The notes beneath the pieces are model-generated. The model saw only the letters and a program-made list of their open reading frames with translations, ran no database searches and was not told the DNA's origin. From positions 16,588 to 80,587 of the forward strand of contig JASEEZ010000001.1 of assembly GCA_030019215.1 (NCBI GenBank): 64,000 bases of DNA, written 5' to 3'. Position 1 is the stretch's first letter; each line of letters opens with the position of its first letter. The stretch comes from Actinomycetota bacterium. GTDB taxonomy: Bacteria > Actinomycetota > Aquicultoria > Subteraquimicrobiales > UBA9087. A program made the translations under genes and the position numbers. Positions 8,453 to 19,978 of this stretch are shown here, piece after piece.

Positions 8453-9997
8453 TTATTCCCACTCGATCGTGCTCGGCGGCTTCGAGCTGACGTCATAGAC
8501 CACCCTGCTAACCCCGGAAACCTCATTGATTATGCGATTGGACATCGCCTCTAAGACCTCGTGGGGAAGACGAGCCCAATCGGCAGTCATCGCATCCTCG
8601 CTGGTAACAGCGCGAACAACGATTGGATAAAAATATGTCCTCTCATCCCCCATCACGCCAACCGTACGTACACAAGGAAGAACGGCGAAGGACTGCCAGA
8701 GCTTCTTGTAAAGACCAGCCCGCTTTATCTCCTCCTCCACTATGGAATCGGCCTGCCTCAGTATCTCCAGTCTCTCGGGTGTTACCTCCCCAATTATCCT
8801 GATGGCCAATCCCGGACCCGGGAAGGGCTGCCGCCAGACTATCTCTTCCGGAAGACCCAACTCCTCCCCGATCGCTCGAACTTCATCCTTGAAGAGGAGC
8901 CGCAACGGCTCAATCAGCTCGAAATCGTGCTTCATAGGGATACCGCCCACATTGTGATGAGTCTTTATCTTGGCCGCATCGCGGGTGCCGCTTTCGATAA
9001 CATCCGGGTAGAGCGTACCTTGGACCAGGAATCTCACATCCTTAAGGCTCCGGGCAAACTCCTCGAAGACCCGAATGAACTCCTCTCCGATGAAGACGCG
9101 CTTGTGCTCAGGGTCGGTTACACCCTTCAGTTTCTTCAAGAACCTGTCTTGGGCCTTAATGTGGGCCAGATTTATCTTGAAATGTTTGCGAAAAGTCTCC
9201 TCTACCTGTTCAGCTTCGCCCTTGCGCAAGAGCCCATGATCGACGAAAACGCAGGTTAAGTTGTCCCCAACAGCTTTGTGGACAAGAATAGCCGCCACAG
9301 CCGAATCCACACCCCCACTCAAGCCACAGATAACCTTGCCATCCCCAACAACTCTTTTTATATCCTCGATCGACTTTTCAATTATGGACACCATCGTCCA
9401 GGTAGGGCTGCAACTCGCCGCCTTGAAGAGGAAATTCTTCAGGATATCCATCCCAAAAGGAGTGTGAGCGACCTCGGGGTGAAACTGAACACCATAGAGC
9501 TTGGCATCATCGTTCTCCATGGCAGCTACGGGGGAGACTTCGGTGCGAGCCGTGGCCCCGAAACCGGGGGGAGGCAATTTCACCAGGTCACGATGGCTCA
9601 TCCAGACATTTTGTTTGAGAGGCAACCCGTCAAAGAGGATGGTATCCTCTCCGGCCGTCAGTTTTGTCTTCCCGTACTCGCTTATCCCCGTTCGAGCAAC
9701 TTCGCCACCCATCGAGTGGGCCATCAGCTGCATACCATAACAGATGCCTAGCACCGGGATGCCCAGTTTAAATATCTCCTCATCGCAAGAAGGGGCTTCC
9801 TTGACATAGACGCTGGCGGGACCACCCGAGAGGATCAGCGCCACGGGCTTTCGTCTCTTTACCTCCTCGATGGAGATGTCGTAGGGCACAATCTCGGAGT
9901 AAACCTTGCATTCGCGCACTCGCCGGGCGATGAGCTGCGCATATTGAGCACCAAAGTCGACCACCAATACCGTCTGCAAATTGTCTTTTTTGCTCAT
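8453..9997 (-). CDS. guaA: GMP synthase (glutamine-hydrolysing).
   Basis: GATase1 N-terminal domain, ATP-PPase SGGVDS motif and GMP synthase C-terminal domain ending IEWE. Confidence 0.95.
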   Translation of the reverse strand: MSKKDNLQTVLVVDFGAQYAQLIARRVRECKVYSEIVPYDISIEEVKRRKPVALILSGGPASVYVKEAPSCDEEIFKLGIPVLGICYGMQLMAHSMGGEVARTGISEYGKTKLTAGEDTILFDGLPLKQNVWMSHRDLVKLPPPGFGATARTEVSPVAAMENDDAKLYGVQFHPEVAHTPFGMDILKNFLFKAASCSPTWTMVSIIEKSIEDIKRVVGDGKVICGLSGGVDSAVAAILVHKAVGDNLTCVFVDHGLLRKGEAEQVEETFRKHFKINLAHIKAQDRFLKKLKGVTDPEHKRVFIGEEFIRVFEEFARSLKDVRFLVQGTLYPDVIESGTRDAAKIKTHHNVGGIPMKHDFELIEPLRLLFKDEVRAIGEELGLPEEIVWRQPFPGPGLAIRIIGEVTPERLEILRQADSIVEEEIKRAGLYKKLWQSFAVLPCVRTVGVMGDERTYFYPIVVRAVTSEDAMTADWARLPHEVLEAMSNRIINEVSGVSRVVYDVSSKPPSTIEWE

Positions 9998-10027
9998 CCC
10001 TTACTTTTCCACCCAACCATTGCTCAG

Positions 10028-11185
10028 CTACCCCATTCCAACCTTCTGTATCTGCTGAAGTAATTTGCCCTCGGTTTTGAGCGCCGGGGCGACCATGATC
10101 TCGGCCTTCTGAAAATCCTTAATGTTTTGATAGCCGCAGGTGGCCATGGATGTTCTCAGAGCCCCAAAAAGATTGAGGGTGCCATCATTTTCATGGGCCG
10201 GCCCCAGCAAAATTTCCCTCAGGGTCCCAGCGATACCACATTGAACGCGTGTACCCCTCGGTAACTGTGGATGGAATGTGGCCATCCCCCAATGATAGCC
10301 GAGCCCTGGAGCCTCTTCGGCCCGAGCCAAGGGTGAGCCGATCATGACAGCATCCGCCCCACAAGCTATGGCTTTGGCAATGTCCCCGCCCGTTCGCATC
10401 CCTCCATCGGCAATGACGTGGACATATTCGCCTGTTTCATCAAGATGTCTCAATCTGGCCGCTGCGGCGTCGGCGATGGCCGTCGCTTGAGGGACACCGA
10501 TCCCTAAGACCTGGCGGGTCGTACAAGCGGCACCCGGTCCCACCCCAACCAGGATACCCACCGCCCCGGTTCTCATTAAGTGAAGGGCTGTGGAATAAGA
10601 ACAACAACCTCCGACGACGACCGGAATATCTAGAGAAGCGATGAACTTATTCAGATCCAGAGGTTCACAGACTGTACTCACATGCTCCGCGCTGACCACG
10701 GTCCCCTGAATGACGAGGATATCCAAACCGGCTTCGAGGGCATACCTGTAATACTGCTCAACACGCTGCGGAGTAAGAGAAGCAGCGGCCACCACCCCAG
10801 CCTTCTTGATCTCCTCGATTCTTTTCCCGATGAGCTCCGGCTTTACCGGCTCCTCGTAAATCTCCTGAAGGCCCCTTGTGGCTTCCTCCTTTGAGAAAGA
10901 GACAATGCGCTCAAAGATAGGGCCCAGATCCTCATACCTGGTCTGCAATCCCTCGAGATTAAGCACGGCCAGACCACCGAGCTTGCCCATCGCGACAGAA
11001 AATTTTGGATCCACCACACCATCCATCGCCGAAGCCAAGCAGGGCAAATCGAAGCGAAGATCGCCTATCTCCCAGCCAATATCCACATCCTCCGGATCGC
11101 GGGTTCTTCGGCTTGGAACGATGGCGATGTCATCGAATCCGTAAGCTACCCTTCCCACTTTACCTTTACCGACCTCTACTTCCAT
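10028..11185 (-). CDS. IMP dehydrogenase-family protein lacking the CBS subdomain (GuaB-like paralog).
   Basis: 385 aa. TIM-barrel IMPDH motifs and catalytic-loop-like [11 protein letters not shown]; no CBS pair. Confidence 0.75.
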   Translation of the reverse strand: MEVEVGKGKVGRVAYGFDDIAIVPSRRTRDPEDVDIGWEIGDLRFDLPCLASAMDGVVDPKFSVAMGKLGGLAVLNLEGLQTRYEDLGPIFERIVSFSKEEATRGLQEIYEEPVKPELIGKRIEEIKKAGVVAAASLTPQRVEQYYRYALEAGLDILVIQGTVVSAEHVSTVCEPLDLNKFIASLDIPVVVGGCCSYSTALHLMRTGAVGILVGVGPGAACTTRQVLGIGVPQATAIADAAAARLRHLDETGEYVHVIADGGMRTGGDIAKAIACGADAVMIGSPLARAEEAPGLGYHWGMATFHPQLPRGTRVQCGIAGTLREILLGPAHENDGTLNLFGALRTSMATCGYQNIKDFQKAEIMVAPALKTEGKLLQQIQKVGMG

Positions 11186-11513
11186 TCTTACCCCATTAAC
11201 TCCGAATACTAGGAAAGATCATCAAACTGGAACCCAATCCAACCCCGCCACAGACGGAGAGTCCTGGGTTTATTAAGAACCTTAACGGAGACTTCATGCC
11301 GATCCACTTTCGTAAGATATATCCTGCCTCCAAAACCGCACCCTTGACCTCGCCAACGGCGGGGCCACAAGCGGGAATGAAATTAACTTATCTTAACACT
11401 GCTAAAAAAGTAGTGTCAAGGTAACTAAAAAACGGGAATTCTCGAAAAAGCCTAAAGTTTTCATAGGTTTTTGCCGATATAAAAATTACCACATCTTAAA
11501 GACGGAGGGAGAG

Positions 11514-11696
11514 ATGCTGTGTCCTAAGTGTGGTTGGCAGATGAAGCCGATGAACCAACAGAGACACGGACGATTCAGAGACACACTATACCAGTGCAGA
11601 TGTGGTCTAACTCACCTAGAAATCGCACCAATATCCAGAATAAGACACAAGAAACCGACCAAAGCACAGGTAGTAGCCGAAAAAGCCCTCGTTTAA
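11514..11696 (+). CDS. Small zinc-ribbon protein (60 aa), CPKCG...CRCG.
   Basis: Strong RBS GGAGGGAGAG-ATG and a perfect terminator immediately downstream. Confidence 0.5.
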   Translation: MLCPKCGWQMKPMNQQRHGRFRDTLYQCRCGLTHLEIAPISRIRHKKPTKAQVVAEKALV

Positions 11697-11712
11697 ACGA
11701 GGGCTTTTTCCT
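11680..11712 (+). terminator. Rho-independent terminator AAAAAGCCCTCGTTTAAACGAGGGCTTTTT.
   Basis: Perfect hairpin plus T-tract. Confidence 0.8.
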
Positions 11713-11842
11713 TTTCGCTTTTTCTGTCCCTCCGCCGTAGGCGGGGAGTGAGTCTTGCCTTCGTATCCTCCATCCTTCAACCCTGTTCAGGATGACCTTG
11801 AGCCTGTCGGAAGGTCAGGGCAATCTTGGATGAAACGAAGGA

Positions 11843-13775
<1,933 letters not shown>

Positions 13776-13800
13776 TTATCAACCCTCCCTTTCCGAAATT

Positions 13801-13827
13801 TTAGCACTCCCACTGTAGGAGTGCTAA
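13801..13827. promoter_or_regulatory. CIRCE operator (HrcA binding site) TTAGCACTC-N9-GAGTGCTAA upstream of groES.
   Basis: Perfect 9-9 inverted repeat with a 9-nt spacer, 26 nt upstream of the groES start. Confidence 0.9.
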
Positions 13828-13863
13828 GAACAGAACATATCTTATACTACCAGAAAAACCAAG

Positions 13864-15435
13864 TCAAGGACGAGATTTAAAAATTTTTCGAGCGGGGGTG
13901 CAGCTCAAAAACCCACCCGCGGTGAGAATCAGACAAATGCAGGAAAAGACGTCACCGAAACGGGCATAGAAGGTCAAATTCTCTGCGAAAGCGACTTCGC
14001 CTATCAAAATCCTCCGTTCAAATAGATTCGTCTCCTCTAAAATACATCCTCGAGGATCGATGATCGCGGTTATGCCGCTGTTGGCTGCCTGGACGACATA
14101 GACACCATTTTCAATCGCCCGCAGAGCGGTCATTTCCACATGCTGGCGAGCGGCGGCTGTCCTCTCAAACCAGGCATCGTTGGTGATGGTAATCAGCATC
14201 CTCGCTCCCTTCTTGACCAACCTTCGGCAGAGGATGGAGTTGGTCGATTCAAAGCAAATCGTCGCCCCAAATGTCCCCCGGCCAATTTTAAAGACGGTCA
14301 ATTCCTCACCGGGAACGATGTCCTCTCCGAGACCGGCCACCCCCCGAATCCAGCCAAAAAGGGGATCCAGGGGAATGTACTCGCCGAAGGGAACGGGATA
14401 AATTTTATCGTATCGCTCCACAACCTCACCCGCGGGTGAGAGCAGGAAAGCTGAGTTGTGGAGTCCGTCTTCTTCAAAAAGACTCCCCAACAAGAGGTAG
14501 CACTGCTCCTTACCACAGAGGCGAGAGATGTCATCCAGATAAGCCTTTTCGGCGGAGAAATCACCGGGAATGGCGGTTTCGGGCCAGACAATAAGATGGG
14601 GGCGGAACTCCACAGCCTCCTCAGTCAGCCGAGAGTAAATCCCTCGAATTTCCTCCTCCTTTCCACCCTCCAACTTCTCCCACTGAGGGATACTGGGCTG
14701 GGCGATCGCCACCTTGAGGGGTTCCTTACCGACTCTACCCGTCAAATAACCAAAACAGCCGCCGCCGAGGATCAGCAACAAAATCCCGGCCACCAAACCA
14801 ACCTGCTTAAACAGTAAACCCCGCCATCGGCGGGGCGCAGGTGGGGAGAGATAACGAGCCTCGCCACTCTCTCTATAAGCCAGCAAGAGTTCAACCGAGA
14901 CCATGTTGACCAGCACGATCAGATAAGAGATACCATAGACGCCGGTGAACTTGGCCATCTGGAGGATGAATGGATTCGGCTGCTGACTGTAACCAAGCAC
15001 GCCCCAGGAAAAACCCCAGGAACCGATGGATCTCAAGAACTCCAGCGACACCCACCAGGCGGGAAGAAGAAACAGACGTCCCCAACTTTCACATCCTCGG
15101 ATTATCAGAGCCGCTCCCAGAGCGAAAAGGGCAAAGGTGACTGCTTCCAGCAGAACGGGAAGAAACCAGGCCAGAAAGCCTAGAAACCCATAGAAGCGAA
15201 CCAGGACGAGTGGCCAATAGGTCAGGCCACCGAAGAAAACGAGGCCCACGATGAGACCATAAAGAAAGGATCTAGAGAGCGAGGATTCATAAATCAGCCA
15301 TAAGAATGGGATTAAGGCAAACCAAACTACGAAGCTGACGGAGAAATTGGGAAAGGCGAGGACGAGGAGGAGACCCGACAAAACAGCCAAAACCACCTCT
15401 CTTGAGCCCATTCCCCCTCCTTTTAGGAAAGACAC
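13864..15435 (-). CDS. lnt: Apolipoprotein N-acyltransferase.
   Basis: N-terminal multi-TM region plus a C-terminal CN-hydrolase (nitrilase) domain; 523 aa. Confidence 0.8.
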   Translation of the reverse strand: MSFLKGGGMGSREVVLAVLSGLLLVLAFPNFSVSFVVWFALIPFLWLIYESSLSRSFLYGLIVGLVFFGGLTYWPLVLVRFYGFLGFLAWFLPVLLEAVTFALFALGAALIIRGCESWGRLFLLPAWWVSLEFLRSIGSWGFSWGVLGYSQQPNPFILQMAKFTGVYGISYLIVLVNMVSVELLLAYRESGEARYLSPPAPRRWRGLLFKQVGLVAGILLLILGGGCFGYLTGRVGKEPLKVAIAQPSIPQWEKLEGGKEEEIRGIYSRLTEEAVEFRPHLIVWPETAIPGDFSAEKAYLDDISRLCGKEQCYLLLGSLFEEDGLHNSAFLLSPAGEVVERYDKIYPVPFGEYIPLDPLFGWIRGVAGLGEDIVPGEELTVFKIGRGTFGATICFESTNSILCRRLVKKGARMLITITNDAWFERTAAARQHVEMTALRAIENGVYVVQAANSGITAIIDPRGCILEETNLFERRILIGEVAFAENLTFYARFGDVFSCICLILTAGGFLSCTPARKIFKSRP

Positions 15436-15455
15436 GGCTCTCCACCCCCGGTGGG

Positions 15456-15538
15456 AATATCCACAAGGTCACAAACGTTATCCAATTTAAAAGACCAGTT
15501 CAACCAGAATTTATTTAGAGTTATCCACATTATCCACA
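15456..15538. promoter_or_regulatory. Cluster of DnaA-box-like sequences: ATATCCACA, TTATCCAAT, and TTATCCACA TTATCCACA in tandem.
   Basis: Two perfect TTATCCACA 9-mers in direct tandem (15521-15538), plus an 8/9 and a 7/9 match within 85 bp, between the tsaD stop and the lnt start. Confidence 0.5.
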
Positions 15539-15583
15539 GAGCAAAAATCACCCTCTTTACCTCCATAAATCCAGTTTATAGCC

Positions 15584-16612
15584 CTACTGAACAGGAGAAC
15601 CCAGAGAGAGGTTGGGATCGGGATTTGCCTCGAAAGACAACCTTTCGTCCTTCAGATACCAAAAGTGGCCGGCGCAGGCGATCATCGCCGCATTGTCGGT
15701 ACAGAGTTCAATGGAGGGGTAAAATAGAGTCATCTTCTTCCCCATGGCCTCCCTCAACTTCTCCCTCAAAGCGGTATTGGCAGCCACTCCTCCCGCCAGG
15801 ACGATCTTGTCAACTCCCTTCTCCTCCGCCGCCCGCAGTGTCTTGTGAACCTGAACATCGATGATGGCCGCCTGGAAACTGGCCACCAGATCGGGTAGAT
15901 TCACCTCTCTATCCTCATCCCTCGCTCGAGCCACGTAGTTCAAGACAGCCGTCTTGAGACCGCTGAGGCTGAAGTCGTAGTCCTTTGTTTTCAGCATCGC
16001 CCGGGGAAAATCAATGGCTTTCGGATTCCCTTTCCTGGCAAGCTCATCGATGATGGGACCACCGGGATAACCGAGACCCAAAAACTTGGCGATTTTGTCG
16101 AAGGCCTCACCAGCGGCATCGTCCAGCGTCTCCCCCAGAACATCGTAATTTCCATAATCCCTCACATGAACGAGAGAGGTATGACCACCGGAGACCACCA
16201 GGGAAACGAAGGGCGGTTTCAAGTTCGGATGCTCCAAGAAATTGGCGAAGATGTGCCCCTCCAGATGATTCACGCCAATGAGGGGGAGACCGGCGACGTA
16301 AGAAAGAGCCTTGGCCTCGGCCATCCCAATGAGCAGAGCTCCCATCAACCCCGGACCTCGCGTGACGGCGATGGCGGTTAAATCACCGAGAGCCACTCCC
16401 GCCTCTGTGAGGGCCTCGGAAACGACGAGATTGATCAACTCCAGATGCTTTCGGGAGGCGATCTCGGGAACCACTCCCCCGAACTTCCGGTGCCAGTCGA
16501 CCTGTGAGGAGACAACATTTGAAAGGATACGCCTGCCGTGCGCGACCACAGCCGCGGACGTCTCATCACAAGAAGTCTCTATCCCTAAGATGAGAAGGGA
16601 TTTTCCGGTCAT
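15584..16612 (-). CDS. tsaD: tRNA N6-adenosine threonylcarbamoyltransferase TsaD (Kae1/Gcp). Likely start MTGKSLLILGIETSCDE.
   Basis: ILGIETSCDETSAAVV N-terminus and HxxGH motifs. Confidence 0.9.
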   Translation of the reverse strand: MTGKSLLILGIETSCDETSAAVVAHGRRILSNVVSSQVDWHRKFGGVVPEIASRKHLELINLVVSEALTEAGVALGDLTAIAVTRGPGLMGALLIGMAEAKALSYVAGLPLIGVNHLEGHIFANFLEHPNLKPPFVSLVVSGGHTSLVHVRDYGNYDVLGETLDDAAGEAFDKIAKFLGLGYPGGPIIDELARKGNPKAIDFPRAMLKTKDYDFSLSGLKTAVLNYVARARDEDREVNLPDLVASFQAAIIDVQVHKTLRAAEEKGVDKIVLAGGVAANTALREKLREAMGKKMTLFYPSIELCTDNAAMIACAGHFWYLKDERLSFEANPDPNLSLGSPVQ

Positions 16613-16680
16613 AACTGTTCCCCGATTACAATTACCCACCCACTATTTTAAGGAGATTCGAACCAAAACACTAATGAAAC

Positions 16681-16989
16681 TCAGCCTCTCAGCCAGAACT
16701 TGGCCAGACCCAGCAGACCGTCCTCCCAAAAAATCAGCAACATGCGCAGGGCCCTTTCTGTCCTCAAGTGCTGTTCATCATAGGTCTTTCGCGAAATGGG
16801 ATCGGAGAGGATCCGGTAGGCCTCATTGAGATCCTGCATCTTCTTCGTTGCCCGATCTCTTCGATCCCACGATTGCCTATCGGGGTGATACTTAAAGGAC
16901 AGTGTCTTGTAGGCCTTCTCGATCACCTCCGGAGAGGCATCGTGGTGAACCTCCAGAATCTCGTAATAATCCTTCATCGCACTCCTCAA
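16681..16989 (-). CDS. J-domain (DnaJ-like) small protein.
   Basis: DYYEILEV...HPDR, containing the HPD motif. Confidence 0.65.
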   Translation of the reverse strand: MRSAMKDYYEILEVHHDASPEVIEKAYKTLSFKYHPDRQSWDRRDRATKKMQDLNEAYRILSDPISRKTYDEQHLRTERALRMLLIFWEDGLLGLAKFWLRG

Positions 16990-17077
16990 TACAACGCATA
17001 CATCTTAACTTCGGGCATCGGATAGTGCCACGGATTGTAGGTGACCAGCGCGAGACCTTTGACCACCGCACACCCCT

Positions 17078-17989
17078 TCAGAATAGACCATCCAGTCTCC
17101 ACAAACCTTCCTCGCGAGCCATCCTCACCGCCTCCTCGAATTCGGCCGGCGTTATCCGACGATCGAGGGGAGGATTTTCGAAGGCCTTGTAACAGGGATA
17201 GTACTGGTTCATCACATTCACATAAGTATCGGAGGATATCTCCTTGGCCAAAAATCTCATGACCTCCCTGGTTCCAGCCAAACCCCCGGGCAGAACCAGA
17301 TGACGCACCAGAAGCCCCCGCAGGGCGATACCCCTCCCGTCCAGAACCAGGTCGCCGACCTGACGATGCATCTCCTTGATAGCCACCTTCGCCATCTGAG
17401 GATAGTCCTTAGCCCGAGCGAGCCTCTGAGCTACATTGCTATCGGCGTACTTGAAGTCAGGCATATAGATGTCGAAGACGCCATCCAAAAGCCTCAAGGT
17501 CTTCAGCGCATCATAGCCACCGGTGTTGTACACTAGGGGGATGTTCAATCCCCCCTCTATGGCCTGGGGAAGAGCTCCCAAAATCTGGGGGACAAAATGT
17601 GTGGGCGTGACAAAATTGATATTGTGGCAGCCAAGTCGCTGGAGGTAGAGCATCATCTGAGCCAGCTCTTCTAAGGAAACCTCCCGACCCTCCCCCAGAT
17701 GGCTGATGGTGTAGTTCTGGCAGAAGAGACAGCCAAGATTGCAGTGAGCCAAAAAGATGGTCCCCGACCCATGCATTCCGACCAGGGGTCTTTCCTCTCC
17801 AAAATGGGGGTGGCAGCTGGAGATCATGGGAAGTTCCCCCACCCGGCAGAATCCCTTCTCCCCGGCCAACCTGTCGACGTCGCATCCGCGGGGACAAATG
17901 GAGCACTTCCTGAGCTTCTCGTAGGCTAGCTTGACCCTTTGAGCGAGCTCACCTTGCTCATATAACTTTATATAACTGGGCTGGAACAC
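17078..17989 (-). CDS. Radical SAM protein, PflX/YjjW (COG1313) family.
   Basis: CNLGCLFCQN radical SAM motif plus an N-terminal CSICPRGC...GFCRVGE motif; paralog of 6920-8053. Confidence 0.7.
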   Translation of the reverse strand: MFQPSYIKLYEQGELAQRVKLAYEKLRKCSICPRGCDVDRLAGEKGFCRVGELPMISSCHPHFGEERPLVGMHGSGTIFLAHCNLGCLFCQNYTISHLGEGREVSLEELAQMMLYLQRLGCHNINFVTPTHFVPQILGALPQAIEGGLNIPLVYNTGGYDALKTLRLLDGVFDIYMPDFKYADSNVAQRLARAKDYPQMAKVAIKEMHRQVGDLVLDGRGIALRGLLVRHLVLPGGLAGTREVMRFLAKEISSDTYVNVMNQYYPCYKAFENPPLDRRITPAEFEEAVRMAREEGLWRLDGLF

Positions 17990-18042
17990 ACCGACTCACC
18001 AATTAGACGATAGCACCAAGGTTTCAGCTCCCGAAAGCTCAG

Positions 18043-18300
18043 CTATTCCAGAACCTTGTAGACCACGTCGTGCTCCCTGACGTGCTCCTTGACCTTGAGC
18101 CCGATGGACTGACCCGCCTTGGCGCTCTGAACAGTCTCGTGTTCGATCTGCATTGATTCAATTTCCTGCGTCAAGTCAGTGGTGTGCCCCTTGATGTGGA
18201 TGGTATCACCGACACTCAAGGTGCCTTTCGTTATCTCGACGACCCCGACACCCAGGTTGGTGAAGTAGTGAGTTACTCTGCCAATCTCCTCTTCTGGCAT
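18043..18300 (-). CDS. Small beta-barrel protein resembling EF-Tu domain 2 (hypothetical).
   Basis: 85 aa; no catalytic motifs. Confidence 0.35.
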   Translation of the reverse strand: MPEEEIGRVTHYFTNLGVGVVEITKGTLSVGDTIHIKGHTTDLTQEIESMQIEHETVQSAKAGQSIGLKVKEHVREHDVVYKVLE

Positions 18301-18348
18301 TCCGATCCCTCCCTCTCTAGCATCCTCCTATTCTTCTTCACCAAAGAA

Positions 18349-18885
18349 TCAAGATTTCCTCCCCCTCTCGCGCAACTCCTCTCGCAACCCTTTCAACCGC
18401 TTCAGATAATCCTCCGAGGTTATATCTCCTGTCCACATGACCACCGCATCCTCACCGGTATCAGAATAATAACCCTTCCTCAAACCCACCTCCCAGAAGC
18501 CAAATTTCCGGTAGAACTCTTGAGCTACCAAATTCGGCTTCCTAACCTCTAAGATCAACCGCTTTATGCCCCTTCTCGTCGCCGATTCGATCAAAGACAA
18601 CACCAAGAGAGTGCCTATACCCTTTCTCCTGTATTTGAAATCGACAGCCAGGTTGGTGATGTGCCCCTCATCCCCCACCTGGAAAAGTCCAGTATAGCCA
18701 ACCACCCGGCCGGGGATTTTGGCCACCAGATAAATGGTCGCTCCCGCTCCCGTTCCACCGGTCTTGGCCAGTTCATTCTCGAATACGCCTCGCCTCCATG
18801 GGGAAGGGAAGGTTCTCCTCTCGATGAAACAAACCTCTTCCAGATCCTCACGGGACATATTGAGGATCTCAACTTCACCAATCAC
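18349..18885 (-). CDS. rimI: Ribosomal-protein-alanine N-acetyltransferase RimI (GNAT).
   Basis: GNAT motifs (RRKGIG...) and the tsaB-rimI-tsaD gene context. Confidence 0.8.
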   Translation of the reverse strand: MIGEVEILNMSREDLEEVCFIERRTFPSPWRRGVFENELAKTGGTGAGATIYLVAKIPGRVVGYTGLFQVGDEGHITNLAVDFKYRRKGIGTLLVLSLIESATRRGIKRLILEVRKPNLVAQEFYRKFGFWEVGLRKGYYSDTGEDAVVMWTGDITSEDYLKRLKGLREELRERGRKS

Positions 18886-19631
18886 TGAAGTTTTTCCCCT
18901 CTTCTTAACAGTTTCTCCTCAGCTTCAGATAGGCGAGCGTAGATGGGGACCAGTTCGTTGTAATCCCCTTTTTCCGCAGAAAATTTCAGCGCACCCAGGA
19001 TGAGAAGGTTAGAAGCCTTGGGAAACCAAAGCCGAGAGGGGGCAAAATGAGCATTCTTAAGACGGTTTTTGAACAGCTCCCCGTAACCAACTATGGCGTC
19101 TCCGGTCAAAATCACCCCTTCAGGGTGAACCTTCAGGGTGAACCCCGGGTGCCCCCGCAAGAGAGAACAAAGGACCTCCGGGGCCATCGCCCTGTGGTCA
19201 GTCAGGCGTTTAAGACATCCCCGAGGAAATTCATAGAGCGCGGCATAGACCTCCCCTCTCTTGGCATCGAGGGCCACGCAAACGGGTTTCTTGGAGGAAA
19301 TGAAATTGTAGGCTATGCAATCGAGGGTGGACACCCCCACCACGGGCTTGTTTAACCCCTGAGCCAGACCCCTGGCAATGCTCACCCCGATCCTCACTCC
19401 CGTGAACGAGCCCGGCCCCAATCCCACAACTAGACCATCGACGTCGTGTATGGAAAAACCCGATTGCCCCAGAATGCGGTCGATGAGAGGCAGAAGCTTC
19501 TCCATATGGGCTTTGGGGGCGGCGACGGTCGCCTCACCACACACACCATCTTCCGCTCCTACCGCCACCGTGCAGACATCCGTGGCGGTATCAAAGGCTA
19601 AAGTCAGCACCTCCACCTCCAGAGAACACAA
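18882..19631 (-). CDS. tsaB: tRNA threonylcarbamoyladenosine biosynthesis protein TsaB (inactive Kae1 paralog).
   Basis: LAFDTATDVCTVAV N-terminus and Gcp-like fold; overlaps the rimI start. Confidence 0.85.
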   Translation of the reverse strand: MCSLEVEVLTLAFDTATDVCTVAVGAEDGVCGEATVAAPKAHMEKLLPLIDRILGQSGFSIHDVDGLVVGLGPGSFTGVRIGVSIARGLAQGLNKPVVGVSTLDCIAYNFISSKKPVCVALDAKRGEVYAALYEFPRGCLKRLTDHRAMAPEVLCSLLRGHPGFTLKVHPEGVILTGDAIVGYGELFKNRLKNAHFAPSRLWFPKASNLLILGALKFSAEKGDYNELVPIYARLSEAEEKLLRRGEKLQ

Positions 19632-19730
19632 AGAAAGTATATTCTCGGCAAAGTCGAAGTGTCAAACTCCTCCAGCCCTTCAAACCGAGGCCACTGATTC
19701 GTCTTGACCTTTCAGCGAATAAATTATTTA

Positions 19731-19934
19731 CTAGTACCGTTACAACTTAATTTACCCCGTACCACAGAAGGCCATGCCCTGCACCATAAAAGGTACAGGG
19801 TGAATGGGCAATGAGACCCGAAGAGCAGCGCCCAAAGCTACGGACATGAGCTCATGGTACGGGGTTTATCTGGTATTGGTGAGTTCAGGTTTGTACTTGC
19901 TAAAAAATGATCTTCTGACAGAGTTGTAACGGCA
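19731..19934. repeat. MITE-like element copy 2, bounded by CTAGTACCGTTACAACTT ... GACAGAGTTGTAACGGCA, with a nested GC-rich stem (CCCCGTACCA...TGGTACGGGG).
   Basis: The 13-bp terminal inverted repeat is shared with 1116-1268. It lies in the divergent tsaB/cca promoter region. Confidence 0.55.
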
Positions 19935-19978
19935 CAAGAGAGGTAACTCAGCAACTCTACCATCAGCGGAGAAATGAT

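Noticed and set aside
11186-11513. Long leader (about 200 nt from the putative TTGACA/TAAGAT promoter) upstream of the guaB-like gene. Checked for purine (guanine) and ZTP riboswitch motifs.
   Set aside because: It lacks the UAUA...GGAUAUGGCACGCAAGUUUCUACCGG purine core and the ZTP UGACUGGCG/CCGCCUGGGCA elements. Only generic hairpins were seen.
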